A stretch of DNA of 64,000 bases from Nitrosopumilus sp. (GCA_965218785.1 OZ244650.1:1024001-1088000); one strand, 5' to 3'. Positions 19,474 through 29,464 are shown, numbered from the stretch's first letter. Notes: generated by a model not told the origin, from the letters alone. A program made the numbers and translations.

Positions 19474-20562
19474 TTAACACCCATATTTTTTGGCCCATGG
19501 CTCGTCTTGAAACTCACTTTGAGTGCAGTAATACGTGTTAATTTCCCCAAATCCCTCTTCCAGGATTTTTTCATTAAGTAACGTATCCTGACAGAACACC
19601 TTTCCAATCATCCTTCCATAACTTCCTTCAGTCTGTCCGTCATCCTCATCAACTAAGGCATGGGATCCTACAGGACAGACCTCCTCTACAAACTTTTTTG
19701 CTTTAATCCCCTCCAGAAGATCCAGTTCCGGAGTAGAAGTTAACGCCAATCTGACCCTTGTCCCCTCGACATCAATCGTGTCGCCATCAACTATACGGGT
19801 AATTCTTCCTTTCAGACATGATGCATTTCCGGAACAGTCCGCGTCATTTACGATGTTGCATCCGCCATTAATGTCACATCCTGATTGCAGTTGTGCCGTA
19901 TGTACTACATACCTGATATCAAGTGGAATATCCCCTGTGATCTGTCGTATCTCATCATCTATATCCTGTGCAGCGTAGATATCAATATACACAGATAACT
20001 TTCCAGTGGATGTAGATATGCCCAACTCAACCCATGGGATGTTACTTTCTAGCAATCTTTGTTGTGCAGCCTCCATCTTTTTTCTTACATCTGGATCTAT
20101 GTATGTATCGGGACCTTTGGGAACTAACGCATCTAGTTCTTCCACCGCAGCGGTTCTTTGCACGGTCTCCTCTTGGGTGTATCTGTATCCGGCATAACTT
20201 TCGTTGTTTAGCTGCTTCCTTTTTGTAGCCTCTCCGTTGATTTTACGTATTATATCGGAAAGTTCGGCGATCCGTTTACGATCATCGTTTGTAATAACTG
20301 ACATCCAGTCTGGTTCATACTCTTGTGCCATCTCCCGGGCAAGATTGTCTAACCGTACTTTTTCCTCATCAGATATCACCGGACCATCTCTGATATCTGG
20401 CCTACCGTATGACCCATACAACATCTTCATTAGTCCGTCAAGTATCTCCGGAGGATCGGATTCAATAGTTTGAATGCTGAGAGCTACGGATGCTGCTCCT
20501 ATCACCAATGCCGTCACAAGTGCAAATACAAGCCAAATTTTTCGGTCCTTCATGTTGATCAT
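19474..20562 (-). CDS. Membrane-anchored protein with a C-terminal thermonuclease (SNase) domain
   Basis: N-terminal TM helix; IVDGDTIDV..RVRL...TPE, SYGRMIG and LNEKILEEGFG. Confidence 0.85.
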   Translation of the reverse strand: MINMKDRKIWLVFALVTALVIGAASVALSIQTIESDPPEILDGLMKMLYGSYGRPDIRDGPVISDEEKVRLDNLAREMAQEYEPDWMSVITNDDRKRIAELSDIIRKINGEATKRKQLNNESYAGYRYTQEETVQRTAAVEELDALVPKGPDTYIDPDVRKKMEAAQQRLLESNIPWVELGISTSTGKLSVYIDIYAAQDIDDEIRQITGDIPLDIRYVVHTAQLQSGCDINGGCNIVNDADCSGNASCLKGRITRIVDGDTIDVEGTRVRLALTSTPELDLLEGIKAKKFVEEVCPVGSHALVDEDDGQTEGSYGRMIGKVFCQDTLLNEKILEEGFGEINTYYCTQSEFQDEPWAKKYGC

Positions 20563-20952
20563 TTTTGTTATAATTATGTTAGTCTTGCCTAATACAGATT
20601 ACTATCTAAAGTTCCGATTGTGATCTATTCTGAATAAAATCATGCCGTAAATTCAATTTTTTCAACATTATGATTGTGTGCCCAGTCATTTATGAACGAC
20701 CAAAGACGACTTTGTTGAAAATTGGGAGATGGCAGATAAAACAGATGTCATGCGTGAAACGTTACAGTAAGCGGTATTTCCCACTTTAAGAATCATTTAT
20801 GCTCCGAAGCATCTGCCTGCAAAATACGATATATGCGATCAAAAAACCGCCCAAAAGGATGAATGCAGAGGCAGGCAGATAATCCCATATATTAAAAGAA
20901 AGAATTCTACATAATCTTTAAAAACTACTCTAACTTTTGATTTTCGACATTC

Positions 20953-21180
20953 ATGGAAGTAGCAAAAAAGGTAAAGAAAGACACGAAAAAACAGTCTGCA
21001 AAGAAGGCAGTGTCCAAGGCAAAAAAGTCAGCAAAAGCCAAAAGTAAAAAAAGCCTGAATGAACCATTTGATGATGGTATAGTCATAGTTGATGAGGATA
21101 TCGAGATCGACAGGGAAAAGGTCAACGAAGAACGAAGGGCATACCTAGAAGAGGCCAGATCGCAGGAAGCATCAGACTAA
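20953..21180 (+). CDS. Small protein with a Lys-rich N-terminus and acidic C-terminus
   Basis: 75-aa ORF; TATA-like tttaaaa upstream. Confidence 0.7.
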   Translation: MEVAKKVKKDTKKQSAKKAVSKAKKSAKAKSKKSLNEPFDDGIVIVDEDIEIDREKVNEERRAYLEEARSQEASD

Positions 21181-21212
21181 ATCTTTATCAGATTCGACTA
21201 CGTACACTATTC

Positions 21213-21452
21213 ATGCGCGCATTGTGTCTAATCATGGTAAAACCGGGAATGGTTGATTCTGTAGTCCTGGTTTTAAAGAAAAAGCGCAAAGTGGTAAAAC
21301 AGGTCATGGTAGTCACCGGAAGAGCCGATATCAGCGTGATTTTACAGGGAAATATTGACGAGCTTAACGGAATGGTGATTGATTTTAAAAGAATCAAGGA
21401 TATTGTCGCCACTGAGACGCTAATTGAGGTGGAGGTAAATTTAGGATGGTAA
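21213..21452 (+). CDS. Stand-alone Lrp/AsnC ligand-binding (RAM) domain protein
   Basis: VTGRADI and TETLI motifs; no HTH. Confidence 0.8.
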   Translation: MRALCLIMVKPGMVDSVVLVLKKKRKVVKQVMVVTGRADISVILQGNIDELNGMVIDFKRIKDIVATETLIEVEVNLGW

Positions 21453-21664
21453 GGGCCATAATTTTGGTAAAATCCCCAAAAAAACTCATAGCTGCACGAC
21501 TGCGAAAAATCTCTACGATCTCGGATTCTTTTCCTACAAGCGGACAGTTTGACGCGATTGCGATAATTGATGTCGAAGAATTAACCCAGATAAAGGAAGT
21601 CGTCAATCAGATCCAAAAAATCAACGGCGTGGAGAGGACCGAGACCATGGTCGAGGTTCAATGA
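21446..21664 (+). CDS. Stand-alone Lrp/AsnC ligand-binding (RAM) domain protein
   Basis: TSGQFDAIA and IQKINGVERTET motifs. Confidence 0.8.
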   Translation: MVRAIILVKSPKKLIAARLRKISTISDSFPTSGQFDAIAIIDVEELTQIKEVVNQIQKINGVERTETMVEVQ

Positions 21665-21700
21665 CAATGGATTTTTAAAGAACTTCGAGATAGAACTGGT

Positions 21701-22114
21701 ATGAACATCAAAAAAGTCGGGAATGTGATTCTAGCCGTCAAAGATATAGACAAGTCCATCGAGTTTTATCACGATATTATCGGTCTGCCAATTAAAAATC
21801 AAAGACGTTCTTGGGTGGATTTGGGCACATCTGGCGCATTGCTGAGCTTGCATCCGGCATCACTGACTGCACAGCACATCGGCAGTTCGATTGAAAACGG
21901 CATTACCATAGGATTTCTTGTAGGCGATGTAAAGTCTGCCGTAGAAGAGTTGCGTGGAAAGGGCGTAAAGATTTATCGGGACATAATCGACAAGGATGCA
22001 GGAAAGAACGCAGTCATTTTGGATCCTGACGAATATCTGATCTCCCTATTCGAGCCAATCTTTGATGATCGTGTACAGCAGACGGGCGGATACCAGGGAT
22101 TTACGCCGGCCTAG
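21701..22114 (+). CDS. VOC/glyoxalase family protein
   Basis: VKDIDKSIEFYHDIIGL, F.VGDV...EELRGKGV and DPD. Confidence 0.88.
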   Translation: MNIKKVGNVILAVKDIDKSIEFYHDIIGLPIKNQRRSWVDLGTSGALLSLHPASLTAQHIGSSIENGITIGFLVGDVKSAVEELRGKGVKIYRDIIDKDAGKNAVILDPDEYLISLFEPIFDDRVQQTGGYQGFTPA

Positions 22115-22503
22115 ATCTTCTTTTTTATAATCGCTATAATTTTTTTAACATTTTTTTCTTTTTGGTCTATGGAGACATAGTATGTCCTGTCGTTTTTTTG
22201 CAAGAGAACGATTGTTATTTTCTGATGTTGTAAAATTACGTGCTCCAATCTTCCAACCGTGCTGCTGGTATTTTTTCGCAAGGACATCAAAGTGGAAATT
22301 ATAAAAAACTCGTTTTTAACTTGATCTGATTTTAACAGCGGTTTTAGGGTTGGCCTGACTATTCCGGTAAGCGTCCTTCCATACTCGTTTATGACTCCGA
22401 CGTATCGAATACTGTCTGATGTTTTTAGGATGCCCTGACACTGTTTCTTGTATTTTATAATCTCGCTCTTCCATCTGTCTGCGGGGGTTTTTACCATGCT
22501 CAA
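22111..22503 (-). CDS. Roadblock/profilin-like thaumarchaeal hypothetical protein
   Basis: IRYVGVINEYG and GRLEHV pattern. Confidence 0.65.
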   Translation of the reverse strand: MSMVKTPADRWKSEIIKYKKQCQGILKTSDSIRYVGVINEYGRTLTGIVRPTLKPLLKSDQVKNEFFIISTLMSLRKNTSSTVGRLEHVILQHQKITIVLLQKNDRTYYVSIDQKEKNVKKIIAIIKKKI

Positions 22504-22557
22504 AGTTGTTTTTGGAAATTAATAAGGATTCTTGTAACTTTTAAACGACTCGTGAAG

Positions 22558-22938
22558 CTACATGCCGGATTTGGCGGGGTTTTCTCTCTCCAGCCTCTTT
22601 TTTAACCCCAGATTCTCTTTTAACAGCTTGTCATTCTCAGCTTGAAGCGTTTGAACGGAGTTTTGTTTGTTGTACAGCGGATGTCCGGGTGGAATGACTG
22701 TAGAGTTCATAGATAACAGTCCTGATGCATGCTGCCGATACATCCGTTGAAAGCCCTCTAGTTTTTGATTCATAGATGAGGCATCCTGTAAAAACTGCTC
22801 CTTTGCAGGATTTTCATGTATTTTGAACATTGGATGTGTCAGTCCTGGTGGCAGTCTTGGAAAGCGTAATGCAAGATGAGGAATGTCGGGGTTTAGCCCA
22901 TAAAGATCCTGCAGATGCCTTATCAGGGAATTATCCAT
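22558..22938 (-). CDS. Hypothetical protein with a C-terminal coiled coil
   Basis: 126-aa ORF ending LQAENDKLLKENLGLKKRLE. Confidence 0.6.
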   Translation of the reverse strand: MDNSLIRHLQDLYGLNPDIPHLALRFPRLPPGLTHPMFKIHENPAKEQFLQDASSMNQKLEGFQRMYRQHASGLLSMNSTVIPPGHPLYNKQNSVQTLQAENDKLLKENLGLKKRLERENPAKSGM

Positions 22939-23076
22939 GAAAAGAGGTGCAAATTTGGTCTATTTCTGCTTTGCTTTAGGCATTTGATATACTGCTTGGT
23001 TAAAACCCAGTCGTTTTAACTCAATTTGAGCTGATCGCAGATCCTTATAATTTCCCGATTTTGATCGCAGATACAC

Positions 23077-23223
23077 ATGACCGAATTAAAAAAGACATGT
23101 CTCAGATGCAAAAAAGACATTCAGGAAGAGGAACTTCATAAGATCGTAATATATGTCGTTCAGGAAAAATTCACCGAACATCATTATGAGCATGTCGAGT
23201 GTCCAGACAAATTTACTGTTTGA
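23077..23223 (+). CDS. 48-aa zinc-binding microprotein
   Basis: MTELKKTCLRCKK...YEHVECPDKFTV (CxxC...HxxC); TATA cttataa about 30 bp upstream. Confidence 0.7.
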   Translation: MTELKKTCLRCKKDIQEEELHKIVIYVVQEKFTEHHYEHVECPDKFTV

Positions 23224-23380
23224 CTGATTTTATCCTGAACTGATGTCATCATAACTGCTGCGAAATTCCCGATGCGCGCAAATGTGGTTTGCAGATGGTT
23301 GCATCTGACACCATACATGACAGACAGGATTTCATCATGAATTCAGAAAACCGATCCGATAAACTACAGCAGCGGTTTTG

Positions 23381-24190
23381 TTACCCGTTGTGTTCAAATA
23401 CCTTGTAAATCTCACCAGTCAGCCGAGAACGGAATTTCCACTCGTCTTTCTTCCAGAGAATCGGTGTAAATTCCTTCTGTAGATCCTGGTGCAGCCTTTC
23501 ACGTACGTCACTTCCAATCAGAATCTGGTTTGGCTTTGCCATGTTTTGAATTTTTGCTGCAATGTTTATCGTCGGACCCATCAAATCCACGTGTGAGTGT
23601 TCTACATCCGCACCGTATCTTACCACGATGTTCTGTCCAAAATCAGCGCCTATCTTTACCATCAAATCCGGATAATCATACTGGTTTAGAATCGGATTGA
23701 TTCCCTTTTGAATTACTGAGATCATGGATTTTGCACAGTTTACCGCATTGTCTGCTGTCATCGACCCGTTTTTTTCTGCAATAAAATAACCGATCACGGC
23801 ATCCCCTACAAATTTTAATACGTACCCACGGTGCTGTCTGATTACCGTGGCCATCTCCTGAGAAAACGAACTGATAATTATCGCAATTTTCTCTGCCGGC
23901 ATCTCCAATGTCATGGTAGTTGATCCGACCAAATCCACATAAAGTACGGCCATCTCTAATTTTGAAAATACGTTCTTTCTTAGATACTGATCAGACTCGT
24001 CAACTATTCCGGAATATTCGTATCCCTTTTTGAGGGCCCCCCAGACTCGTTTTTGCGTTTCTAAAATCATGGATTCAGAATCCAATACCTGCCCATCGTT
24101 TTTGCTAAGAAGCATGTCCACCACGTTGTTTCCGTCTGATTTTTCTGACGGTTCAGAGTCATTTTTTGGGATACTGTCGTTTTCGGCCAT
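23381..24190 (-). CDS. Class III adenylate/guanylate cyclase
   Basis: YVDLVGST, KFVGDAV, KIGADFG and DLMG.TINIAAKI. Confidence 0.9.
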   Translation of the reverse strand: MAENDSIPKNDSEPSEKSDGNNVVDMLLSKNDGQVLDSESMILETQKRVWGALKKGYEYSGIVDESDQYLRKNVFSKLEMAVLYVDLVGSTTMTLEMPAEKIAIIISSFSQEMATVIRQHRGYVLKFVGDAVIGYFIAEKNGSMTADNAVNCAKSMISVIQKGINPILNQYDYPDLMVKIGADFGQNIVVRYGADVEHSHVDLMGPTINIAAKIQNMAKPNQILIGSDVRERLHQDLQKEFTPILWKKDEWKFRSRLTGEIYKVFEHNG

Positions 24191-24200
24191 TATTTCCCCC

Positions 24201-24323
24201 TCATTCTAGCGGAAAGTCGACCCCGCAGCGCGTGCACCTTCCCCTGGTTCCCCTGTATTTTTCATTGTAATATTCCATGATTTCGACATCGCAGTTGTCG
24301 CAAAAAATTTTAGATTTCTCCAT
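24201..24323 (-). CDS. 40-aa zinc-ribbon microprotein
   Basis: MEKSKIFCDNCD...GRCTRCGVDFPLE; ends 10 bp before the cyclase start. Confidence 0.7.
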   Translation of the reverse strand: MEKSKIFCDNCDVEIMEYYNEKYRGTRGRCTRCGVDFPLE

Positions 24324-24382
24324 GCCTAGAATTGTGTTTTTGTGTATTTAGATATTGATGAAGGTTTAATGCGAGCCGAAAT

Positions 24383-25234
24383 TTGCTATTTCTTGTGCGA
24401 TTAGGTGCTAGATCCCCCAATGAGTTCATTCAGGAATTGAACAAAAAAAACGGGGATATTCAGGATTCCTTTCTCTCAAAAATGACAGATCTGACAAAAA
24501 TGACGGAAACCAAGGTGATGATGGGGGATTCAACGGTGACAGAACAGAAAACCTTTGATCCAAAATGTGTATCAGACTATTTTCAAAAAATATGCGGTTA
24601 TCTCAGTGACTGGTCCGTACAGGACGTTTCAATCTCAAATAATGAAGACATTCGAAGAATTTTCACAAAGTTTGAGATGATGGAGGGAAACTATCTGCTG
24701 TCCGGACATATCTCCATACAATTTCACGTACTGCTGTACTACAAGCCCATCCGGCGCGTACTTGACTGCCAGCAGGAATTGGCAGAGATTGTTGATACGA
24801 CAAAAACCAGCGAGCGGCAGCTTTCTGATAACAGTGATCAGTTCGTCCTTGACAAGCTAAAGGAGATGGGATACAAAGACTTTGATCATCAAAAATTATT
24901 TGAGGTCTTTTATGAGAATGACGAATTTAGAGAAAAAATCTACGCCGAAATTCAAAAAGATGCTGGGACAGACCACAAGGAGTTATCTGAAAGAAAGACA
25001 AAGTTGTTTGACGAACTCGATTCGCTTTTAGTTGAAACTTATCAAACGACTCCCGTACTAATTGACGATAGCAAGTTGATTACCGGCGAGGAAGGCTGTC
25101 TGTGCACGTTTGATTTGGAGTTTCTCAAGAATAAAAATAAAGAGGGGCTCTTTGATCCGCGGAAAATACCGGACTCTGTCAGGGCGGGGATCGTACAAAG
25201 ACTGGATGAATTTGAAAAGATAGTCAATTCATAA
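24383..25234 (+). CDS. Hypothetical protein
   Basis: Long acidic ORF; start uncertain. Confidence 0.7.
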   Translation: MLFLVRLGARSPNEFIQELNKKNGDIQDSFLSKMTDLTKMTETKVMMGDSTVTEQKTFDPKCVSDYFQKICGYLSDWSVQDVSISNNEDIRRIFTKFEMMEGNYLLSGHISIQFHVLLYYKPIRRVLDCQQELAEIVDTTKTSERQLSDNSDQFVLDKLKEMGYKDFDHQKLFEVFYENDEFREKIYAEIQKDAGTDHKELSERKTKLFDELDSLLVETYQTTPVLIDDSKLITGEEGCLCTFDLEFLKNKNKEGLFDPRKIPDSVRAGIVQRLDEFEKIVNS

Positions 25235-25497
25235 GCCAATCAGAATCAATGGAATTGCTGTTCTCTTCTTCTTCTCCTCCTTTATGGAGTCAAGTTAAAA
25301 CAAGACGAAAGAATCTGAAGGCAGTGTGAATAAGAGAATGTTTGGGAGATGTAAAACCATTGAAAGATGCAGTAATACCATATCCGTACACAGACGCACC
25401 AGAATCACAGAATCGCGCTTTTACGCATAAAATCTGACTGGAAAACGGTTTTTGTATAGAAGAAGTCAAATACTGCATATGACTAGCAACATTTCCG

Positions 25498-26706
25498 ATG
25501 AATCTGCCATATGATGAGATAATAAAAGCAAGCAAAATGCGCGGGGGCGGGATAAAAAAAACACCCCTGATACATTCGCCTACGTTTAGTAATCTTACGG
25601 GTTCGGATGTATATCTAAAGGCAGAGTTCAGACAAAAAACCGGCTCTTTTAAAATTCGCGGGGCGTATTACAAGATAAAATCATTATCTGATGAAGAAAA
25701 AAAACACGGTGTTGTTGCGGCCTCTGCAGGCAATCACGCGCAGGGCGTCGCATTTGCGTCCTCCCTGGAAAAAATTCCCTGCACGATTGTAATGCCAAAA
25801 AACGCATCACCTGCAAAGGTGGCGGCAACCAGGGGATACGGTGCAGATGTCGTACTTGCGGGAATAAACTATGACGAATCCTCTGCCAAGGCAAAGGAGA
25901 TTGCCGATGATACGGGGGCCACGCTGATACATGCCTTTGATGATCCACAAATCATAGCAGCCCAGGGCGTAATCGGACTTGAAATCCTGGAGGACCTGCC
26001 GGATGTTGATGAAATCTATCTTCCCATAGGCGGCGGCGGACTGGCTGCTGGAATCCTGACTGCGATAAAGGAGACACACCCGGACATCAAAGTTGTAGGT
26101 GTTCAATCACGTTCATTTCCGTCCATGTATGAATCAGTAAAACAAAACTCGCTAACTCCGGCAGGAGGCGAGCGGACGATTGCAGATGGAATTTCCGTGA
26201 GGTGCCCAGGAGAGATGACATTTGAGATAATCCGCAAGCTAATAGATGAGATCGTTCTAGTTGATGATACTGAAATTACAAAGGCGATGTTTCTGTTGAT
26301 GGAGCGAATGAAATTCGTAGTAGAGCCTGCCGGGGCTGCAAGTCTGGCCTATCTGATTTCAAAAAAGCCCGCCGCTGGAAAAAAAATAGTGGCGGTTTTG
26401 GCGGGAGGTAACGTGGATATGTACCTGCTGGGGCAGATAGTAGACAAGGGTCTTGCAGCGATGGGCCGTTTGCTGAAACTGTCGATATTACTGCCTGACA
26501 GACCAGGTGCATTCAAGGAGATCGTCGATGAGATAACACTGGCCAACGCAAACATCGTTGAGGTGGTCCATGACAGGCTGAGTTCGAATATCAACGCAGG
26601 TTCTGCCGGCGTGACTCTGAGCCTGGAAACTCAGGGCAAACAACAAACCGAATTCTTGATTGAAAAATTACGAAAAAAGAACATATCGTTTACCCTGCTG
26701 ACTTGA
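25498..26706 (+). CDS. ilvA: Threonine ammonia-lyase with a C-terminal ACT domain
   Basis: QKTGSFKIRGA, SAGNHAQG, PIGGGGL and LPDRPG. Confidence 0.93.
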   Translation: MNLPYDEIIKASKMRGGGIKKTPLIHSPTFSNLTGSDVYLKAEFRQKTGSFKIRGAYYKIKSLSDEEKKHGVVAASAGNHAQGVAFASSLEKIPCTIVMPKNASPAKVAATRGYGADVVLAGINYDESSAKAKEIADDTGATLIHAFDDPQIIAAQGVIGLEILEDLPDVDEIYLPIGGGGLAAGILTAIKETHPDIKVVGVQSRSFPSMYESVKQNSLTPAGGERTIADGISVRCPGEMTFEIIRKLIDEIVLVDDTEITKAMFLLMERMKFVVEPAGAASLAYLISKKPAAGKKIVAVLAGGNVDMYLLGQIVDKGLAAMGRLLKLSILLPDRPGAFKEIVDEITLANANIVEVVHDRLSSNINAGSAGVTLSLETQGKQQTEFLIEKLRKKNISFTLLT

Positions 26707-26708
26707 TT

Positions 26709-27284
26709 TTACCTGAATTTTCCCTTTACAAATTTTGAGAGCCCCTGTTTTTTTAACTGCTCTGACTCTGCCACAACGGATTTGTGCTGATCGGATTTGT
26801 GCCTTCTTAACCTGGTTTTTAATGCCGGAAATTCGTTTGCAAGAATCTTCATGGCATAAATTCCGGCATTGCCTGCCTTGTTGACTCCGACTGCCACAAC
26901 GGGGGATCCCGACGGCATCTCAGAGATTGACAGCAGCGAATCCAGCCCCCCAAATGCAGAAAATTTTGCAGAATCCTGTTTTTTTGGATGCCTGTCATTA
27001 TACACCAGTATCGGAACCCCGATTACAGGTATTATCGTATGTGATGCAATCATTCCTGGCAGATGGGCGGCCCCTCCGGCGCCTGCAATTATCACCTTAA
27101 AGCCCATCTTTTCTGCATGCTTTGCATATTCATCCAATCTGGCAGGGGTTCTGTGTGCTGAGACAATCTGATCCTCGTGTTTGATCTTGTATTCATCTAG
27201 TATCTCTGCTGCACCATTCATAATCCTGCTATCTGAGCTGGAACCCATGATGATTCCGACTAGCGGCTTGCTTGAATATGTCAT
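26709..27284 (-). CDS. purE: N5-CAIR mutase
   Basis: IMGSSSD, VSAHRTP, GAGGAAHLPG and MPSG.PV. Confidence 0.96.
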   Translation of the reverse strand: MTYSSKPLVGIIMGSSSDSRIMNGAAEILDEYKIKHEDQIVSAHRTPARLDEYAKHAEKMGFKVIIAGAGGAAHLPGMIASHTIIPVIGVPILVYNDRHPKKQDSAKFSAFGGLDSLLSISEMPSGSPVVAVGVNKAGNAGIYAMKILANEFPALKTRLRRHKSDQHKSVVAESEQLKKQGLSKFVKGKFR

Positions 27285-27443
27285 GATATTAAAAAAGATT
27301 AATGGTATTAGAGTTTTTTGACAGAGGAAAACCCACCCGCCGTAAAAAATATAATATTATTATACGGTTTGGATGCCTTTGGATTCAGGCAATACCACTA
27401 CATCATCATTAGCTATTTTTAGTCCAAGAATCATATTCACGTG

Positions 27444-28601
27444 ATGGCAAAAATTCTCGGCATTATTGGAGGAGGGCAGCTTGGAATGATGATTACAGAG
27501 GCTGCAAAGAGGATGCCCGAGCACGTATCAAAAATCATAGTGCTGGATCCTACAGAAAACTGCCCTGCAGTACAGGCCGGTGCAGAACAGATAGTTGCAG
27601 ATTTTAAAGACAGGGACGCCATAGAGGATTTGGCCTGGAAATCCGACATTGTCACCTATGAGATCGAGTCGGGGAACAGCGAGGTTTTAAAGTCAGTTGA
27701 AAAAAATGCAGAGATAGAGCCATCCCCTGAAACCCTGAAGATCATACAGGATAAATTCCTGCAAAAAGCATTCCTGTTAAAAAATAAAATCCAGGTTCCG
27801 GAATTTATCATTATTAATACGATAAAGGATGTAAAAAAAGGACTGGAGAATTTCGGCTATCCTGCATTATTAAAAGCAAGAAGGGACGCATATGACGGCA
27901 GGGGCAACTTTAAGATAGATTCTGAAGATCAAATCCAAAAAGCGTTTGATTATTTTAAGGGTCAGGATCTGTTACTGGAGAAATTCGTTCCATTTCTCAT
28001 GGAAGTCTCCGTAATTGCATCGCGGAATACCGGCGGCCAGATCAAGACATATCCGCTTGTTGAAAACATCCACGAGGAAAACATCCTGCGATATACGATA
28101 GCTCCTGCCAGGGTTGCAGAAGAAACCAGAAAAAAGGCAGAGGCAATCGCAGAGCAGATAATGACGGTTCTCAAGGGTGCGGGCGTCTTTGGAATCGAGA
28201 TGTTTGTAACTCGGGATAACACCGTCATGATCAACGAGATTGCCCCGCGCGTGCACAATTCAGGCCATCACACATTACAATCCTGTGAAACATCCCAGTT
28301 TGAACAGCATCTTCGGGCAATTTTGGGATTGGAGTTGGGCGGCACCAAGTTAATTCACAATGCCGTAATGTATAATATTTTGGGGAGCCCTGAATTTACA
28401 GGGAAATACAAGCCGCTGAAAATTGCAGATTCTGAGGGAGGGGTATTTTTAAAGATGTACGGCAAAAAAATATCAAAACCCCTGAGAAAACTAGGACATA
28501 TCAACATAGTTGGAATTAACGGCGAATCAACTGATGAATTACTGGGGAAATTATCGAGGATAAAACAGGAAACTGGCATCCTGGCAGCGGCAGTTGATTG
28601 A
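27444..28601 (+). CDS. purK: N5-CAIR synthase
   Basis: GGGQLG, YDGRG, NEIAPRVHNSGH and RKLGH. Confidence 0.96.
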   Translation: MAKILGIIGGGQLGMMITEAAKRMPEHVSKIIVLDPTENCPAVQAGAEQIVADFKDRDAIEDLAWKSDIVTYEIESGNSEVLKSVEKNAEIEPSPETLKIIQDKFLQKAFLLKNKIQVPEFIIINTIKDVKKGLENFGYPALLKARRDAYDGRGNFKIDSEDQIQKAFDYFKGQDLLLEKFVPFLMEVSVIASRNTGGQIKTYPLVENIHEENILRYTIAPARVAEETRKKAEAIAEQIMTVLKGAGVFGIEMFVTRDNTVMINEIAPRVHNSGHHTLQSCETSQFEQHLRAILGLELGGTKLIHNAVMYNILGSPEFTGKYKPLKIADSEGGVFLKMYGKKISKPLRKLGHINIVGINGESTDELLGKLSRIKQETGILAAAVD

Positions 28602-28630
28602 TTTATTAATTGTGAGAATCAAAATCAGTC

Positions 28631-29047
28631 ATGGCTCTGACCCCCGCATTAATCATAACTGGAGTAGCAATCGCATTGCTGGCAATCTACGGGGCAGACG
28701 TGGTTGTAGGATATACCTCTGATGACGGCAACGGATTCATACCATTTGATCACGCAGTACGCGGCATGGCGTTGGGACTCCCGACCTTGATACTGCCGAT
28801 TATGGCATACTTTATCTCAAGAAAAGAGCCATCAAAGGGTCTTGGAATTATGATTATAGTTGCAGGCGTCCTGATTTTAGTGGGCGGCGGCGTGGTAATC
28901 GGCAATGCAGATACGACAGTTTGTGATGATACGCCAACAGCACAGGCAGCCTGCGCGAAAAGAAATATTGTCTCCGAAACGGCCCCGTTAATTATCGCAG
29001 GCCTGATTCAGATCGGACTGGGTATACTTAAAATAAAAAAATCCTAG
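28631..29047 (+). CDS. Four-TM membrane protein
   Basis: Four hydrophobic segments. Confidence 0.7.
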   Translation: MALTPALIITGVAIALLAIYGADVVVGYTSDDGNGFIPFDHAVRGMALGLPTLILPIMAYFISRKEPSKGLGIMIIVAGVLILVGGGVVIGNADTTVCDDTPTAQAACAKRNIVSETAPLIIAGLIQIGLGILKIKKS

Positions 29048-29058
29048 CAGATGATTAC

Positions 29059-29193
29059 ATGCCTACCTGTTCAAAATGTGAAAACGACGTCAGCAAAGTG
29101 TACGATTGTGATCACACCAAATTTGAGGATTACTGCGTGGAGTGCTATACCGAACTACACTACTATCTGACAGAGGATGAACAATCCTGCTGA
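29059..29193 (+). CDS. 44-aa Cys/His-rich zinc-binding microprotein
   Basis: MPTCSKC...YDCDH...YCVECYTELH. Confidence 0.7.
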   Translation: MPTCSKCENDVSKVYDCDHTKFEDYCVECYTELHYYLTEDEQSC

Positions 29194-29429
29194 CTGACAA
29201 AGACATTGCAATTTACGCGCTGGGAAAAACAGAAGGCGTTCATTCCATTGCCGAAACCCTGGGAAAGGGACTAGATGATGAAAAATACATTGAATCCTGG
29301 AACAAGACCATGAAGCAGCTGGGAACTGCCATGCCCCTGAAGGATCTTGAGAAGATCTACAACGAGTTTGCAAAAAAGATGGATGACGTGGTAAAAAACG
29401 GCTCGGAAAAAAATAGGCCGACAATTTAA
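29187..29429 (+). CDS. Hypothetical protein lacking a canonical start (probable indel next to ATG 29177)
   Basis: Open frame LLTDKDIAIYALGKTEGVHSIAETLGKGLDDEKYIESW...RPTI*. Confidence 0.55.
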   Translation: MLTDKDIAIYALGKTEGVHSIAETLGKGLDDEKYIESWNKTMKQLGTAMPLKDLEKIYNEFAKKMDDVVKNGSEKNRPTI

Positions 29430-29464
29430 CAATTTTGATATACTCCAAAAAACAGGCGGTATTA

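Noticed and set aside
25249-25482. Plus-strand frame that looks protein-like if TGA is read through
   Set aside because: TGA is a normal stop in many genes here, and no recoding signal is visible.
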